Below, in pieces: positions 29,650 through 39,522 of a stretch of DNA of 64,000 bases. A model generated the notes under the pieces. That model did not search any database. It saw only the letters and a list, made by a program, of their open reading frames with translations, and had not been told where the DNA came from. The position numbers and the translations under genes were made by a program. The first letter of the stretch is position 1; every line of letters begins with the position of its first letter. This stretch comes from an uncultured Limnobacter sp. (GTDB taxonomy: Bacteria; Pseudomonadota; Gammaproteobacteria; Burkholderiales; Burkholderiaceae_E). The stretch is taken from contig CAYZYC010000001.1 of NCBI GenBank assembly GCA_964481165.1, positions 12,123 to 76,122 on the forward strand, given 5' to 3'.

Positions 29650-30882
29650 TCATTCGTGGCGCAATGCTTCGATCGGCTGAAGGCGTGAAGCCGCGCGCGC
29701 CGGATAGAAACCGAAGAAGACGCCGACCAGCGCCGAGAACCCGAACGCGAGCACGATCGATTCGACCGTCAGCGTGATCCGCCAGCCGGCGATGTCGCCG
29801 ATCAGCAGCGCTGCTCCGATGCCCACTGCCACCCCGATCAGGCCGCCGATCAGCGACAACGCGGTCGCCTCGACCATGAACTGCAGCAGGATGTCTCGGG
29901 CACGGGCACCGACGGCCATGCGCAGGCCGATCTCGCGCGTGCGCTCGGTGACGCTGACGAGCATGATGTTCATGATGCCGATGCCGCCGACGAGCAGGCT
30001 GACCCCGGCCACGGCCGAGAGCAGCAGGGTCAGCACGCGACTCGACGCCTCCTGCGTCTGAAGCACTTCGGTCAGGTCGCGCAAGCCGAAATCGTCGTCG
30101 TCGCCCGGCAGCAGCCGGTGTCGTTGCCGCAGCAGTTCGCGCACGCCGGCCTGCGCATCGGACATGCTCGTGCCTTCGGCGACCTTGATGTTGATCGAAC
30201 TGACGACCTTCTGCCTGCCGGCAGGCCGACCCTGGATGCGGTGCCGAAGCGTGCCGATCGGCACCATCACGACGTCGTCCTGGTCCGAGCCCCACGCGTT
30301 CTGTCCCTTCGGGGCCAGCACGCCGATCACCGTGACCGGAACGCGTCCGATGCGCATCGTCCGGTCGATCGGGTCGATGTCCCCGAACAGTTCGTTGGCC
30401 ACGGTACGTCCGATCAGCGCGACCTTGCCCGCCCCCGACATCTCGCCTGCCTCGAACAGGCGCCCGTCGTGCAGCGACCAGCCGCGGGCTTCGAGATAGT
30501 CGTTCGTCACGCCGTACGCGGTCGACGCCCAGTTGACGTTTCCGGCGATCAGTTGCACGCCGCTGCGCGACGACGGTGCCGCGAGCCGGACGTGCGGCAC
30601 CTCGCGGGCGATCGCCGCCGCATCGTCTTCGGTCAGCGTCGCCGCGGTTCCCGTCGCCAGGCGCAGGCCCTGTGCGTTGCGCGTGCCCGGCCAGACGATC
30701 AGCACGTTCGAACCGAGCGACTGGATCTGCTCGGCGACCCGCTCCTGCGCACCGCGTCCAATGGCGATCATCGCGATCACCGCCGCGACGCCGATGATGA
30801 TTCCGAGCATCGTCAACGTCGAGCGCAGTGCGTGGCGCCCGAGCGCGGTCAGCGCGATGCCCAGCGATGCGCCGAATCCCAT
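29650..30882 (-). CDS. MacB-like ABC transporter permease
   Basis: RSTLTMLGIIIGV, GGIGIMNIMLVSVTERTREIG, PIEALRHE. Confidence 0.93.
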   Translation of the reverse strand: MGFGASLGIALTALGRHALRSTLTMLGIIIGVAAVIAMIAIGRGAQERVAEQIQSLGSNVLIVWPGTRNAQGLRLATGTAATLTEDDAAAIAREVPHVRLAAPSSRSGVQLIAGNVNWASTAYGVTNDYLEARGWSLHDGRLFEAGEMSGAGKVALIGRTVANELFGDIDPIDRTMRIGRVPVTVIGVLAPKGQNAWGSDQDDVVMVPIGTLRHRIQGRPAGRQKVVSSINIKVAEGTSMSDAQAGVRELLRQRHRLLPGDDDDFGLRDLTEVLQTQEASSRVLTLLLSAVAGVSLLVGGIGIMNIMLVSVTERTREIGLRMAVGARARDILLQFMVEATALSLIGGLIGVAVGIGAALLIGDIAGWRITLTVESIVLAFGFSALVGVFFGFYPARAASRLQPIEALRHE

Positions 30883-30903
30883 CGTCGCAGTTTCCCGAGG
30901 CGA

Positions 30904-31632
30904 TCAGCCCGCCGGCGCAGCGGCGGCGAGCCGCGCGCGCGCGTCGTCGGCGGCGTTGACGCGATCGTGCTGCACGCGTCCGTCCAGGAAGTGGATCACG
31001 CGGCGCGCAAAGCGCGCGACGTCGGTTTCGTGCGTCACGAAGACGACGGTCTGCCCGGCGTGGTTCAGCGACTGCAGCAGCGCCATGACTTCGAGCGAGG
31101 TGCGCGAGTCGAGCGCGCCGGTGGGTTCGTCGGCCAGCAGCAGGATCGGGTCGTTCACCAATGCGCGGGCGATCGCGACACGTTGCTGCTGCCCGCCCGA
31201 CAGTTGCGCCGGCGTGTGGTCGATCCGGTCTTCCAGCCCCACGTCCGCGAGGCGTGCCCGCGCGCGTTGCACGCGTTCGGCGCGTGCCATGCCGGAATAG
31301 AGCAACGGCAGCATCGTGTTCTCGAGCGCGCTCGTTCGCGCGAGCAGGTTGAACTGCTGGAACACGAAACCGATGCGCCGGTTGCGGATCGCCGCCAGCC
31401 GATCGCCGTCGAGGCCGGCGACTTCGACGCCGTCGAGCCGATAGCTTCCGTCGGACGGCGCGTCCAGACAGCCGATCAGGTTCATGAACGTCGACTTTCC
31501 CGAACCCGAAGGGCCCATGATCGCGACGCATTCGCCCTGCTCTATCGACAGCGAGACGCCGTCGAGCGCGCGCACTTCGGTCTGTCCCATCCGGTAGACC
31601 TTGGTGAGCCGGTGCGTCTCGATCAGCGCCAT
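30904..31632 (-). CDS. ABC transporter ATP-binding protein (MacB/LolD-like)
   Basis: GPSGSGKST, LSGGQQQRV, ADEPTGALD, VTH. Confidence 0.95.
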   Translation of the reverse strand: MALIETHRLTKVYRMGQTEVRALDGVSLSIEQGECVAIMGPSGSGKSTFMNLIGCLDAPSDGSYRLDGVEVAGLDGDRLAAIRNRRIGFVFQQFNLLARTSALENTMLPLLYSGMARAERVQRARARLADVGLEDRIDHTPAQLSGGQQQRVAIARALVNDPILLLADEPTGALDSRTSLEVMALLQSLNHAGQTVVFVTHETDVARFARRVIHFLDGRVQHDRVNAADDARARLAAAAPAG

Positions 31633-31650
31633 CGCCGGAGTGCGGCCGAT

Positions 31651-32979
31651 TCAGAGCAGGCGCAGTCCGCGGCGCCGCGGTTCGGCGGGCGGTCCGTCGA
31701 TGCCGACGACCACCTCGAGTCCTTCGTCGAGCGCCGGATTCTCCACCTGCGTATGGCTGCCGTCGCTGATTCCGACGGCCACGTCGATCGGCCGGGGCTG
31801 GCCGTTCTCGAGCACGAAGATCCGGCGACGCATCTCGGGCACGACGGAAGGTGCCGTGGCGGAATCGGCGCCGGCCGTTTCGCGGGCGACGCGTCCCGGG
31901 GCGACGTCGGGCGGTGCGGGTCCGCTCGGGGCCGCGGCGAAGCCCGGCAGGCGCACGCGCAGCGCCGCATTGGGCACCTTGAGCACCGCCTCGCGCGTAT
32001 CGGTGACGATGCGAACGTTGGCCGTCATGCCGGGCAGCAGCAGCCCCTCGGGGTTGGCGAAGGTGACGATCACGTTGTACGTGATCACGTTCTGCACGTT
32101 GACCGCGGCGATCCGGATCTGCGTGACTTCGCCGTCGAAGCTGCGTCCCGGATGCGCGTCGACGTTGAAGCGCGCCGGTTGCCCGGTGTGGATCCGGCCG
32201 ATGTCGGTCTCGTCGATGCTGGTGTCGACCTGCATGTCCTGCAGGTTACGCGCGATCACGAACAGCTCCGGCGACTGCAGGCTCGCCGCCACCGTCTGCC
32301 CGGCCTCGACCGAACGCTTGATCACGACGCCGTCGACCGGGCTGCGGATCACCGAGCGTCCGAGGTCGACCTGTGCCGCGCGCAGCGCCGCTTCGCGCTG
32401 CCGCACGACGGCCTCGCTGTTGCGCACCTGCGCGATGGCGACGTCGAGCGAGGCGCGCGCCGTGTTCGCCTCCTGCTCCTGCACGCGAACGAGCGCGAGC
32501 GCACGGTCGCGTTCGGCGACCGACAGGAAGTTGCGGGCGAGCAGGTCTTCCTTGCGCTGCAGGTCGCGACGCGACTCGGCGAGATTCACGGTGGCGCGCG
32601 CAACCTCGGCCCGCCGTGCGTGCACCTGGCTTTCCTGCACGTGGACCTGCGCGCGGGCCGCCTCCAGGTCGGCCTGTGCCTGTCCGACCCGGTGTTCGAA
32701 GGTTTCCGGAGCGATGCGCGCGATCACCTGCCCTTGCCGGACCTCGTCGTTGAAGTCGACGAGCACGTCGCGGATCTGTCCCGAGACCTGCGACCCGACC
32801 TGCACGGTGCCGACGGGATTGATGGTTCCCGAGGCCGAAACCGCGGCGACGACGGTACCGCGCTCGATGCGCTCGCTGCGGTAGCGCGTGGCCGGCTCGT
32901 CGTCGCGCGACGCCCACCACGCCACGGCGGCAACGCCGGCGACCAATGCGAGAACCGCAAACGCCGTCCGTGCCTGCAT
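31651..32979 (-). CDS. MacA-like periplasmic adaptor (membrane fusion protein)
   Basis: VQVGSQVSG, IRSPVDGVV, GQTVAASLQSP, LLPGMTA. Confidence 0.92.
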   Translation of the reverse strand: MQARTAFAVLALVAGVAAVAWWASRDDEPATRYRSERIERGTVVAAVSASGTINPVGTVQVGSQVSGQIRDVLVDFNDEVRQGQVIARIAPETFEHRVGQAQADLEAARAQVHVQESQVHARRAEVARATVNLAESRRDLQRKEDLLARNFLSVAERDRALALVRVQEQEANTARASLDVAIAQVRNSEAVVRQREAALRAAQVDLGRSVIRSPVDGVVIKRSVEAGQTVAASLQSPELFVIARNLQDMQVDTSIDETDIGRIHTGQPARFNVDAHPGRSFDGEVTQIRIAAVNVQNVITYNVIVTFANPEGLLLPGMTANVRIVTDTREAVLKVPNAALRVRLPGFAAAPSGPAPPDVAPGRVARETAGADSATAPSVVPEMRRRIFVLENGQPRPIDVAVGISDGSHTQVENPALDEGLEVVVGIDGPPAEPRRRGLRLL

Positions 32980-32998
32980 GGCGAAGCCTGCCCCGGAC

Positions 32999-33796
32999 TC
33001 AGTCGCGCGCGCCCGGAAGGCGCGGTGCCGCGACGCGTTCCGGGCGCCGCCGGTCTTCCTCGCGCTTGTCTTTCTCGATCGCCTGCGCGCTGCGGGGACG
33101 TTCGAGCGTGCCGTAGCGGCGCGCGAATTCGGCAGCACGCTCGCGCAGCCAGTTCGCGACCTCGGGCTGGCCCTGCTGCTGCATGTAGCCGGCCGCGTCG
33201 AGTCCGCTGTCGTTGCGCGGCGTCGGATCGGCACCCGCTTCGACGAGCAGGCGTACCGCATCGGTGTGCGCGTGGCGAGCCGACATCATCAGCGGTGTGG
33301 TCCGGTTCGGTGACTGCGCATCGATGTACGCGTGCTGCTCGAGCAGGTATCGCAGCAGTTCGAGATTGCCGTTGACCGCAGCGTAATGCAACGGAGCCCA
33401 GCCGCTGCGGTTCACCTGCGCGCCCTTATCGACCAGCAGGCGCACGCTGTCGAGATGCCCGTGCAGCGCTGCGAGCATCAGGGCGGTTTCGCCCCGGCTG
33501 TTCGGGGCATCGACCTTCGTGCCGGGGATTGCCGCCAGCTGCTCGAGCGTTTTCCACGACCGTTCGCGCGCCGCGACGACGATCGCAGGCCCGTGCTGCG
33601 GGTGCTGGACGTTCGTGTCGACGCCGCGCAGCAGCAGCGTCTGCACGCGCTGCGTGTCGTCTCGCGCGACGGCTTCCCAGAATTCCGGGCTTGCGTCGCC
33701 GGACCGGGCGGCCGCGTTCTGCGACAGCACCGCCGCCAGGCACACGACGATGCTGGCGACAAGCCATCGGCCAAAGTTGAAGTCAACTCGTAACAC
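32999..33796 (-). CDS. Exported ankyrin-repeat protein
   Basis: Signal peptide; GETALMLAA, GWAPLHYAA, TTPLMMSA; downstream of tatD. Confidence 0.88.
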   Translation of the reverse strand: MLRVDFNFGRWLVASIVVCLAAVLSQNAAARSGDASPEFWEAVARDDTQRVQTLLLRGVDTNVQHPQHGPAIVVAARERSWKTLEQLAAIPGTKVDAPNSRGETALMLAALHGHLDSVRLLVDKGAQVNRSGWAPLHYAAVNGNLELLRYLLEQHAYIDAQSPNRTTPLMMSARHAHTDAVRLLVEAGADPTPRNDSGLDAAGYMQQQGQPEVANWLRERAAEFARRYGTLERPRSAQAIEKDKREEDRRRPERVAAPRLPGARD

Positions 33797-34565
33797 TACG
33801 ACGCGAGTCCTTGAAAAGACGGAAGTAATTCGACGTCGTCAACTCGGCGATCTGGGTCGGCGTGCGGCCACGGAGCTCGGCGAGGCACGCTGCGACGTGG
33901 CGCACCAGCGCAGGTTCGTTGGTCTTGCCGCGCTCGGGAACCGGAGCGAGATACGGCGAGTCGGTCTCGATCAGCAACCGGTCGTCCGGGACGCGCGCGG
34001 CGACTTCGCGCAGGTCGCCGGCGTTGCGGAACGTGACGATTCCCGAGAACGATACGTGAAAACCGAGATCGAGCGCCGCCTTCGCCGTGGGCCAGTCCTC
34101 GGTGAAGCAGTGCAGGACCCCGCCGGCCTGCTCGGCGCCTTCCTCGCGCATCAGCCGAAGCGTATCGGCCGAAGCCGCGCGCGTGTGCACGATCAGCGGT
34201 TTTCCCGCTTGGCGGGCGGCGCGGATGTGCACGCGGAAACGATCGCGTTGCCACTCGGTGTCGCCCTGCGTGCGGAAATAATCGAGGCCGGTTTCGCCGA
34301 TCGCCACGACCCGGGGATGCGCGGCCAGTTGCACCAGCGTCTCGACGTCGGGTTCGCGCGCATCGGGCGAATCGGGATGCACGCCCACCGATGCGCTCAG
34401 GCGCGGGTCGCTCTCGGCGATCGCCAGGACGCGATCGAAGCCGTCGAGCGAGACGCAGACGCACAGTGCGTGGCCGACGTCGTGCGCCGCCATCGCGGCG
34501 AGCACCTCGTCGAGGCGCGCAGACAGTTCCGGGAAATCGAGGTGGCAGTGGGAGTCGACGAGCAT
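33783..34565 (-). CDS. tatD: TatD-family DNase (YcfH-like)
   Basis: DSHCHL, GVHP, IGETGLDY, HTR, HCFTE, ETDSPYL. Confidence 0.92.
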   Translation of the reverse strand: MLVDSHCHLDFPELSARLDEVLAAMAAHDVGHALCVCVSLDGFDRVLAIAESDPRLSASVGVHPDSPDAREPDVETLVQLAAHPRVVAIGETGLDYFRTQGDTEWQRDRFRVHIRAARQAGKPLIVHTRAASADTLRLMREEGAEQAGGVLHCFTEDWPTAKAALDLGFHVSFSGIVTFRNAGDLREVAARVPDDRLLIETDSPYLAPVPERGKTNEPALVRHVAACLAELRGRTPTQIAELTTSNYFRLFKDSRRSVTS

Positions 34566-34660
34566 CTCGACGCGCCGCGCATGGGTGCGCGGCCTTGTAC
34601 TCGTCATTGTATCGGCGCGACTCTCCCGGGGCCCCGAGCCCCTCGCGCGCGAGGCCTCGC

Positions 34661-35221
34661 TCAGATCGTGTGCGTCGGCCGATTGGCCTTCAGCGCTCCG
34701 CCCAGCAGGTCCTCGATGCGCGCGCGCGCCTGTGCGCCGGAATCGTCCTTCGAGAACTGCACGCCGAGCCCCTGCTGGCGTTGCGGCGTGCCGGCCGGGG
34801 TAATCCAGACGACCTTGCCGGTCACCGGGATCTTGTTCGGATCGTCCATCAGCGACAGGATCAGGTACAGCTCGTCGCCCAGGTGCACGGCCCGGGTCGT
34901 CGGCACGAACAGTCCCCCGCCGTCGACGAAAGGCATGTACGCGGCGTACAACGCCGCTTTCTCGCGGATCGCCAGTTGCACCACGCCGGGTCTTGCGTTG
35001 GTACGGGGTGGCGCCGGACGCGCGTCGGCACGCGGATCGGGCGCGGTGATCGGCGCCAGCCGCACGGCCGTGTCGGGGCTCACGCCGAGCGCCGCGTCGA
35101 GGTCGGCTGCCGCGCCCGAATCCGCTTGCGGCGCGGTTACCGGCGCAAGGGTCGCGTCGAGCGCGTCGTCGGCCATCGCCTGCATCGATGCATCCATCGT
35201 CGCCCCGCTGCTGAAACTCAT
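34661..35221 (-). CDS. pilZ: Type IV pilus PilZ-domain protein, possible N-terminal extension
   Basis: ALYAAYMPF, GGLFVPT, GKVVWITP, C-terminal RPTHTI; between holB and tatD; start uncertain. Confidence 0.85.
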   Translation of the reverse strand: MSFSSGATMDASMQAMADDALDATLAPVTAPQADSGAAADLDAALGVSPDTAVRLAPITAPDPRADARPAPPRTNARPGVVQLAIREKAALYAAYMPFVDGGGLFVPTTRAVHLGDELYLILSLMDDPNKIPVTGKVVWITPAGTPQRQQGLGVQFSKDDSGAQARARIEDLLGGALKANRPTHTI

Positions 35222-35268
35222 CGTTCGATCCCCGTCGTTCGACCCGCCCGTGGCGGGCCTGTGCAACC

Positions 35269-36303
35269 TCAGCCCGCCAGCGCGGCACGGACACGAAGCA
35301 GCGCGTCCTCGATCATCAGCCGCGGGTTCAGCGGATGATCGACGGCCCGGGCGAGCTGCGAGAGCTCCGCCGCGAGACGGTCCACGGCGTGCAGGCTGGT
35401 CATGCGCGACAACGAGCGCAGTCGGGCGACCCGATCGGGAAAGAAGCGCGGCTCGGCTCCTGCGCACACTCTCTGAAGATCGGCGACCCACGTCTGCAAG
35501 GCGCCGATCCAGACCGGCGGCTCGATGCCGGCCAGCGCATCGGCTGCCCGCACGATCCCAGTCTCGGGAAGCCCGGCGAGGGTCTCCATCAGAACCCGAT
35601 GAGCGGACGCTGCGGATGGATCGGCGAATCGGCACGCCCGCAACGGCGCGCCTCCGCACGCAGCGAGCCAGCCGGACGCCGTCGCGGGATCGGCGCCGGT
35701 CTCGTCGGCGAGCCAGCGCGCGGCCTGCGCGGCGTCGGGCAGGCCGAGTCCGACCGCGAGACAGCGCGAACGGATCGTGGCGGGCAACACGTCGGGACGG
35801 CCGGTGACCAGGACGAAGCGCGTGCGCGCGGACGGTTCCTCGAGCGTCTTGAGCAGCGCGTTGGCCGAAGCGGCGTTCAGCGCGTCGGCCGGATCGACGA
35901 GAACGACCTTGTCGCCGCCGCGATGCCCGCCCACTTCGACGAATCGCTCGAGCGCGCGGACCTGCTCGATCCGGATGTCGCGCGAAGCCTTCGCCGGCTT
36001 CTTCGCCGCCTTCTTCCCGGCCTTCTCCTCGCCGCTCTCGTCCTCGTTTTCGTCGGCGCTCGCCGGCGTCAGGACGCGCAGGTCCGGGTGGGTTCCCTGC
36101 TCGATCCAGCCGCACGACGCGCAACGACCGCACGCGGCGCCGTCGGCGGCCGCATCTTCGCAAAGCAACGCTCGCGCGAGTTCGCTGGCGAACTGCGACT
36201 TGCCGATTCCGGCAGGCCCGTGGATCAGCACCGCGTGATGCAGCCGCTCGCGTTGGCGCAACAGCACCTTCCAGGGTTGTTCCAACCAAGGAAACATCAT
36301 CAT
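35269..36303 (-). CDS. holB: DNA polymerase III delta prime subunit
   Basis: FPW, HAVLIHGPAGIGK, CGRCASC, HPD, NALLKTLEEP, TIRSRC. Confidence 0.95.
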   Translation of the reverse strand: MMMFPWLEQPWKVLLRQRERLHHAVLIHGPAGIGKSQFASELARALLCEDAAADGAACGRCASCGWIEQGTHPDLRVLTPASADENEDESGEEKAGKKAAKKPAKASRDIRIEQVRALERFVEVGGHRGGDKVVLVDPADALNAASANALLKTLEEPSARTRFVLVTGRPDVLPATIRSRCLAVGLGLPDAAQAARWLADETGADPATASGWLAACGGAPLRACRFADPSAASAHRVLMETLAGLPETGIVRAADALAGIEPPVWIGALQTWVADLQRVCAGAEPRFFPDRVARLRSLSRMTSLHAVDRLAAELSQLARAVDHPLNPRLMIEDALLRVRAALAG

Positions 36304-36911
36304 TTACATAGCTTTACAAGATCTTCTTCTAGGCATTTGCGAACTTCGGACACCGCCTGCGTCGCGTCGATGACGACGATGCGCCCGGGGTCGGATGCCG
36401 CTCGGCGCAGGTACCCGTCGCGCACCCGCGTGAAGAACGCGACGTCCTCGGTTTCGAAGCGGTCGGGGTCGCGCGCCGCGCCGCGCCGCTGCGCGGCCAG
36501 CCCGGGTTCGACGTCGAACAGGTAGGTCCGTTCGGGTTGCAGGTCGCCGTGGACCCAGGATTCGAGCCATGCGATGCGTTCGGTCGCGGCACCGCGGCCG
36601 GCACCCTGGTAGGCATAGGTCGAGTCGGTGAACCGGTCGCAGACGACCCACTGCCCGCGTTCGAGCGCCGGACGGATGCACTTTTCGAGGTGATCGCAGC
36701 GCGCTGCGAACATCAGCATCAGTTCGGTATCCAGCCGCATCGATCGGCGCAGCAGCAGCATGCGCAGCGCTTCGGCGAGCTCGGTGCCGCCGGGCTCGCG
36801 CGTGGCGACGACATCGATTCCGCGGGCACGAAGCCACTCGATCGCCCAGGCCAGGTGCGTGCTCTTGCCCGCACCGTCGAGCCCCTCGAAGCTGAGGAAT
36901 CGTCCCTTCAT
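36300..36911 (-). CDS. tmk: Thymidylate kinase
   Basis: FEGLDGAGKST, TREPGGT, DRFTDSTYAYQG; ATGA overlaps on both sides. Confidence 0.96.
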   Translation of the reverse strand: MKGRFLSFEGLDGAGKSTHLAWAIEWLRARGIDVVATREPGGTELAEALRMLLLRRSMRLDTELMLMFAARCDHLEKCIRPALERGQWVVCDRFTDSTYAYQGAGRGAATERIAWLESWVHGDLQPERTYLFDVEPGLAAQRRGAARDPDRFETEDVAFFTRVRDGYLRRAASDPGRIVVIDATQAVSEVRKCLEEDLVKLCK

Positions 36912-37936
36912 CGCCCGCCGCGCTGATACCGCGAGACGGCGCGGTTGTGCGAAGCCAGGTCGTCCGAGAACTCGCTGGTGCCGTCCCCGCGCGAAACGAA
37001 GTACAGCGACTGGATGTTCGCCGGATGCAGTGCCGCTTCGATCGACTCGCGGCCCGGCAATGCGATCGGCGTCGGCGGCAGTCCGGAACGCGTGTACGTG
37101 TTGTACGCGGTGTCGGCCTGCAGGTCGCGCTTGCGCAGGTTCCCGTCGAAACGATCGCCGAGTCCGTAGATCGTCGTCGGGTCGCTCTGCAGCATCATTC
37201 CGCGCCGCATCCGGTTGACGAACACGCCGGCGACCTTGTCGCGTTCGCCTGCCAGGCCGGTCTCCTTCTCGATGATCGACGCCATCACCAGCGCTTCGTA
37301 GGGATTGCGGTACGGCAACTCCGGTGCGCGCCCTTCCCACGCCGCCTGCAGCGTGCGCTTCTGCGCCTCGTATGCGCTGCGCAGGATCTCGACGTCGCGT
37401 GCGCCCGGCGAGAAACGATAGGTGTCGGGAAAGAACAGTCCCTCGGGGTGCGCTTCGGTTGCGCCGATCCGCTGCAGCAGTTCGGTCACGTTCATCGCAC
37501 GCGTATCGTGCGCGAGATCCGGATGTGCATCGATCGCCTCGCGCATCTGGCGAAACGTCCAACCCTCGATGAAACGCACGCTCGCCAGCAGCACGTCGCC
37601 GCGAACGATCTTCTCGAGCAGTGCATCGACGGTTACCGGCGACTCCAGCGCATAGGTGCCGGCTTTCAGCTTGCCGTCGTGACCGCGCAGCCGGTACCAG
37701 ATCCACAGGCGCGTGGGCGAAACGTCGACGCCCTGCGCGCGCAGCTGCTGCGCGACGCCGCGTACCGTCGCGCCGCTCGGAACCGTCAGGCGCATCGGCG
37801 ATTCGGGCAGGGGAAGCGGTGCGACACGGAAGCTGTACCAGCCCCACGCCGCCACCGCCAGTGCGATCGCGCCCAGCGACAGCACCAGGAACGCGAATCG
37901 GCCCCAGGATCGGCCCTTCGTCACGGCGGACTTCAT
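36908..37936 (-). CDS. mltG: Endolytic transglycosylase MltG
   Basis: TM anchor; EGLFFPDTY, ASIIEKET, LQSDPT, YNTYTRSGLPPTPI. Confidence 0.95.
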   Translation of the reverse strand: MKSAVTKGRSWGRFAFLVLSLGAIALAVAAWGWYSFRVAPLPLPESPMRLTVPSGATVRGVAQQLRAQGVDVSPTRLWIWYRLRGHDGKLKAGTYALESPVTVDALLEKIVRGDVLLASVRFIEGWTFRQMREAIDAHPDLAHDTRAMNVTELLQRIGATEAHPEGLFFPDTYRFSPGARDVEILRSAYEAQKRTLQAAWEGRAPELPYRNPYEALVMASIIEKETGLAGERDKVAGVFVNRMRRGMMLQSDPTTIYGLGDRFDGNLRKRDLQADTAYNTYTRSGLPPTPIALPGRESIEAALHPANIQSLYFVSRGDGTSEFSDDLASHNRAVSRYQRGGR

Positions 37937-37990
37937 CTCGGCGAATGGTCGGGATACCTATAATAATCGGTCGTTCCGAAGGACCTTTCG

Positions 37991-39196
37991 ATGACCGCCG
38001 TTCGTCCTGCTGCAGCCGGCCCGAATCCTGCCGCGGCGCCGCCCGACATCGACGCATTGCGCGAGGCCGCGTCGCGCTGCGGCCTCTCGCTGTACGAGGA
38101 TCCGTACGGCGCGCAGTCGCGCGTCTCCGGCGCGGATGATGCAATGCGCGATGCAACGCGCGATGCGACGGGCGATGCAGCGCGCGATGCGATGCGCACG
38201 AAGCTCGCCGCGGGCGCCGTCGCGCTGCTGCCCGGGCAGGCGATCCTCGCGGCGTCGGGCGACGACGTCGTGCGTTTCCTGCACTCGCAGACCACCAACG
38301 ATGTCGAACACCAGGCGCCCGACGAAGCCCGGTGGCACGGCTACTGTTCTCCGAAGGGCCGGCTGCTCGCGACGATGCTCGCCTGGCGCGATGGCGATTC
38401 GATGCATCTGGCGCTTCCCGATGCGATCGCCGAGCCGGTGCGCAAGCGTCTGACGATGTTCGTGCTGCGCGCGAAAGTGCGTTTCGCCAACGAGACGGGC
38501 TCGCTGGCGGTGCTCGGGCTGTGCGGCGCGCGCGTCCCGGCTGCACTGTCGTCGATCGGGCTCGACGCACCGCAGCCGATGGCGGTTTCGCGTGGCGCCG
38601 AGGGCACCGTCGTCGGGCTCGAGACGATCTCGATCGATGCGGCGGGATCGTCGAAGTCGCCGGAATCGTCGGTGTCGACGCAGGCGGATGCGTCGTTGCG
38701 TCGCTGGCTGCTGATCGTCCCGGTGTCCGCGCTCGAGTCGGTGTGGAACGCGCTGTCGCGCTCGCTTGCACCGGTGGACAGCGTCGCCTGGCGCTGGACC
38801 GTCGTGCGCGCGGCAATCGCTCCGATCGTCGGCGCCACCAGCGAGCAGTTCGTGCCGCAGATGGTCAATTTCGAGGCGACCGGCGGCGTGAGCTTCACGA
38901 AGGGGTGCTACCCGGGTCAGGAAGTCGTCGCGCGCAGCCACTACCTGGGCAAGCTCAAGCGACGGACCTTCCTCGGCCGTCTGCCGCCCGGATCGCCGGA
39001 GCCGCCGCCCGGGGCCGACGTGACCGACGGGCGCAACGAACCGGTCGGCCAGGTCGTCGCCGCCGCGCCGTCGCCGGACGACGCGATCGAACTGCTCTAC
39101 GAAGCGCGCGTCGACGCGGCGCGCTCCGGCGTGCTCTCGGTCGCCGGATCGCCGATCGAGTCGCTCGCGCTTCCCTACCCGTTGCCGTCCGAGTGA
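37991..39196 (+). CDS. ygfZ: Folate-binding Fe-S maintenance protein YgfZ
   Basis: CSPKGRLLA, FVPQMVN, KGCYPGQEVVAR signature; start uncertain. Confidence 0.92.
   Translation: MTAVRPAAAGPNPAAAPPDIDALREAASRCGLSLYEDPYGAQSRVSGADDAMRDATRDATGDAARDAMRTKLAAGAVALLPGQAILAASGDDVVRFLHSQTTNDVEHQAPDEARWHGYCSPKGRLLATMLAWRDGDSMHLALPDAIAEPVRKRLTMFVLRAKVRFANETGSLAVLGLCGARVPAALSSIGLDAPQPMAVSRGAEGTVVGLETISIDAAGSSKSPESSVSTQADASLRRWLLIVPVSALESVWNALSRSLAPVDSVAWRWTVVRAAIAPIVGATSEQFVPQMVNFEATGGVSFTKGCYPGQEVVARSHYLGKLKRRTFLGRLPPGSPEPPPGADVTDGRNEPVGQVVAAAPSPDDAIELLYEARVDAARSGVLSVAGSPIESLALPYPLPSE
38138..38197 (+). repeat. Five degenerate 12-bp tandem repeats (GATGCR-N2-GSGC) inside ygfZ
   Basis: gatgcaatgcgc gatgcaacgcgc gatgcgacgggc gatgcagcgcgc gatgcgatgcgc, encoding DAMR DATR DATG DAAR DAMR. 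Confidence 0.85.
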
Positions 39197-39516
39197 AGCG
39201 CATCGTCGTCTTCGTCTGGTTTCGCGCCGATCCTGCGCGCAGCGACGAAATCCTGAGGCTGCTCGGGACGCTGGGCAGCGTGCTCGCCGCGCGTTTCGCG
39301 ATCGAGCCGCGTTTCGGCTGGCGCGACGAGCCGGAGAAGAACCGTCGCACCTGGCTCGAGTCGTGGGAACCGCTGGACGCGGCCGACGAAGCGGCGTTCG
39401 TCGCGGCGCTGGAAGCACAGGCGCACGCGCTCGGGCTCGACGCGCTCGCCCAGGGCGGACGTTTCGTCGACGTCTTTCGCTGGGCCGATGAAGGCGCCGG
39501 CAACGCGGCCGGATGA
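39193..39516 (+). CDS. DUF4936-like small protein
   Basis: GTGA overlap with ygfZ; VFVWFR, TWLESW; position between ygfZ and NRDE. Confidence 0.65.
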   Translation: MKRIVVFVWFRADPARSDEILRLLGTLGSVLAARFAIEPRFGWRDEPEKNRRTWLESWEPLDAADEAAFVAALEAQAHALGLDALAQGGRFVDVFRWADEGAGNAAG

Positions 39517-39522
39517 ACGGGC

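Noticed and set aside
29650-32979. MacAB-like exporter lacking an outer-membrane channel as a novelty
   Set aside because: Split MacA/ATPase/permease operons that use a distant TolC are common.
38138-38197. CRISPR-like array
   Set aside because: Contiguous 12-bp units without spacers, inside a CDS, and no cas genes in the window.
36300-38816. 838-aa ORF as an extended Tmk
   Set aside because: Tmk starts at 36911 with an ATGA overlap; the upstream part shadows mltG and ygfZ.
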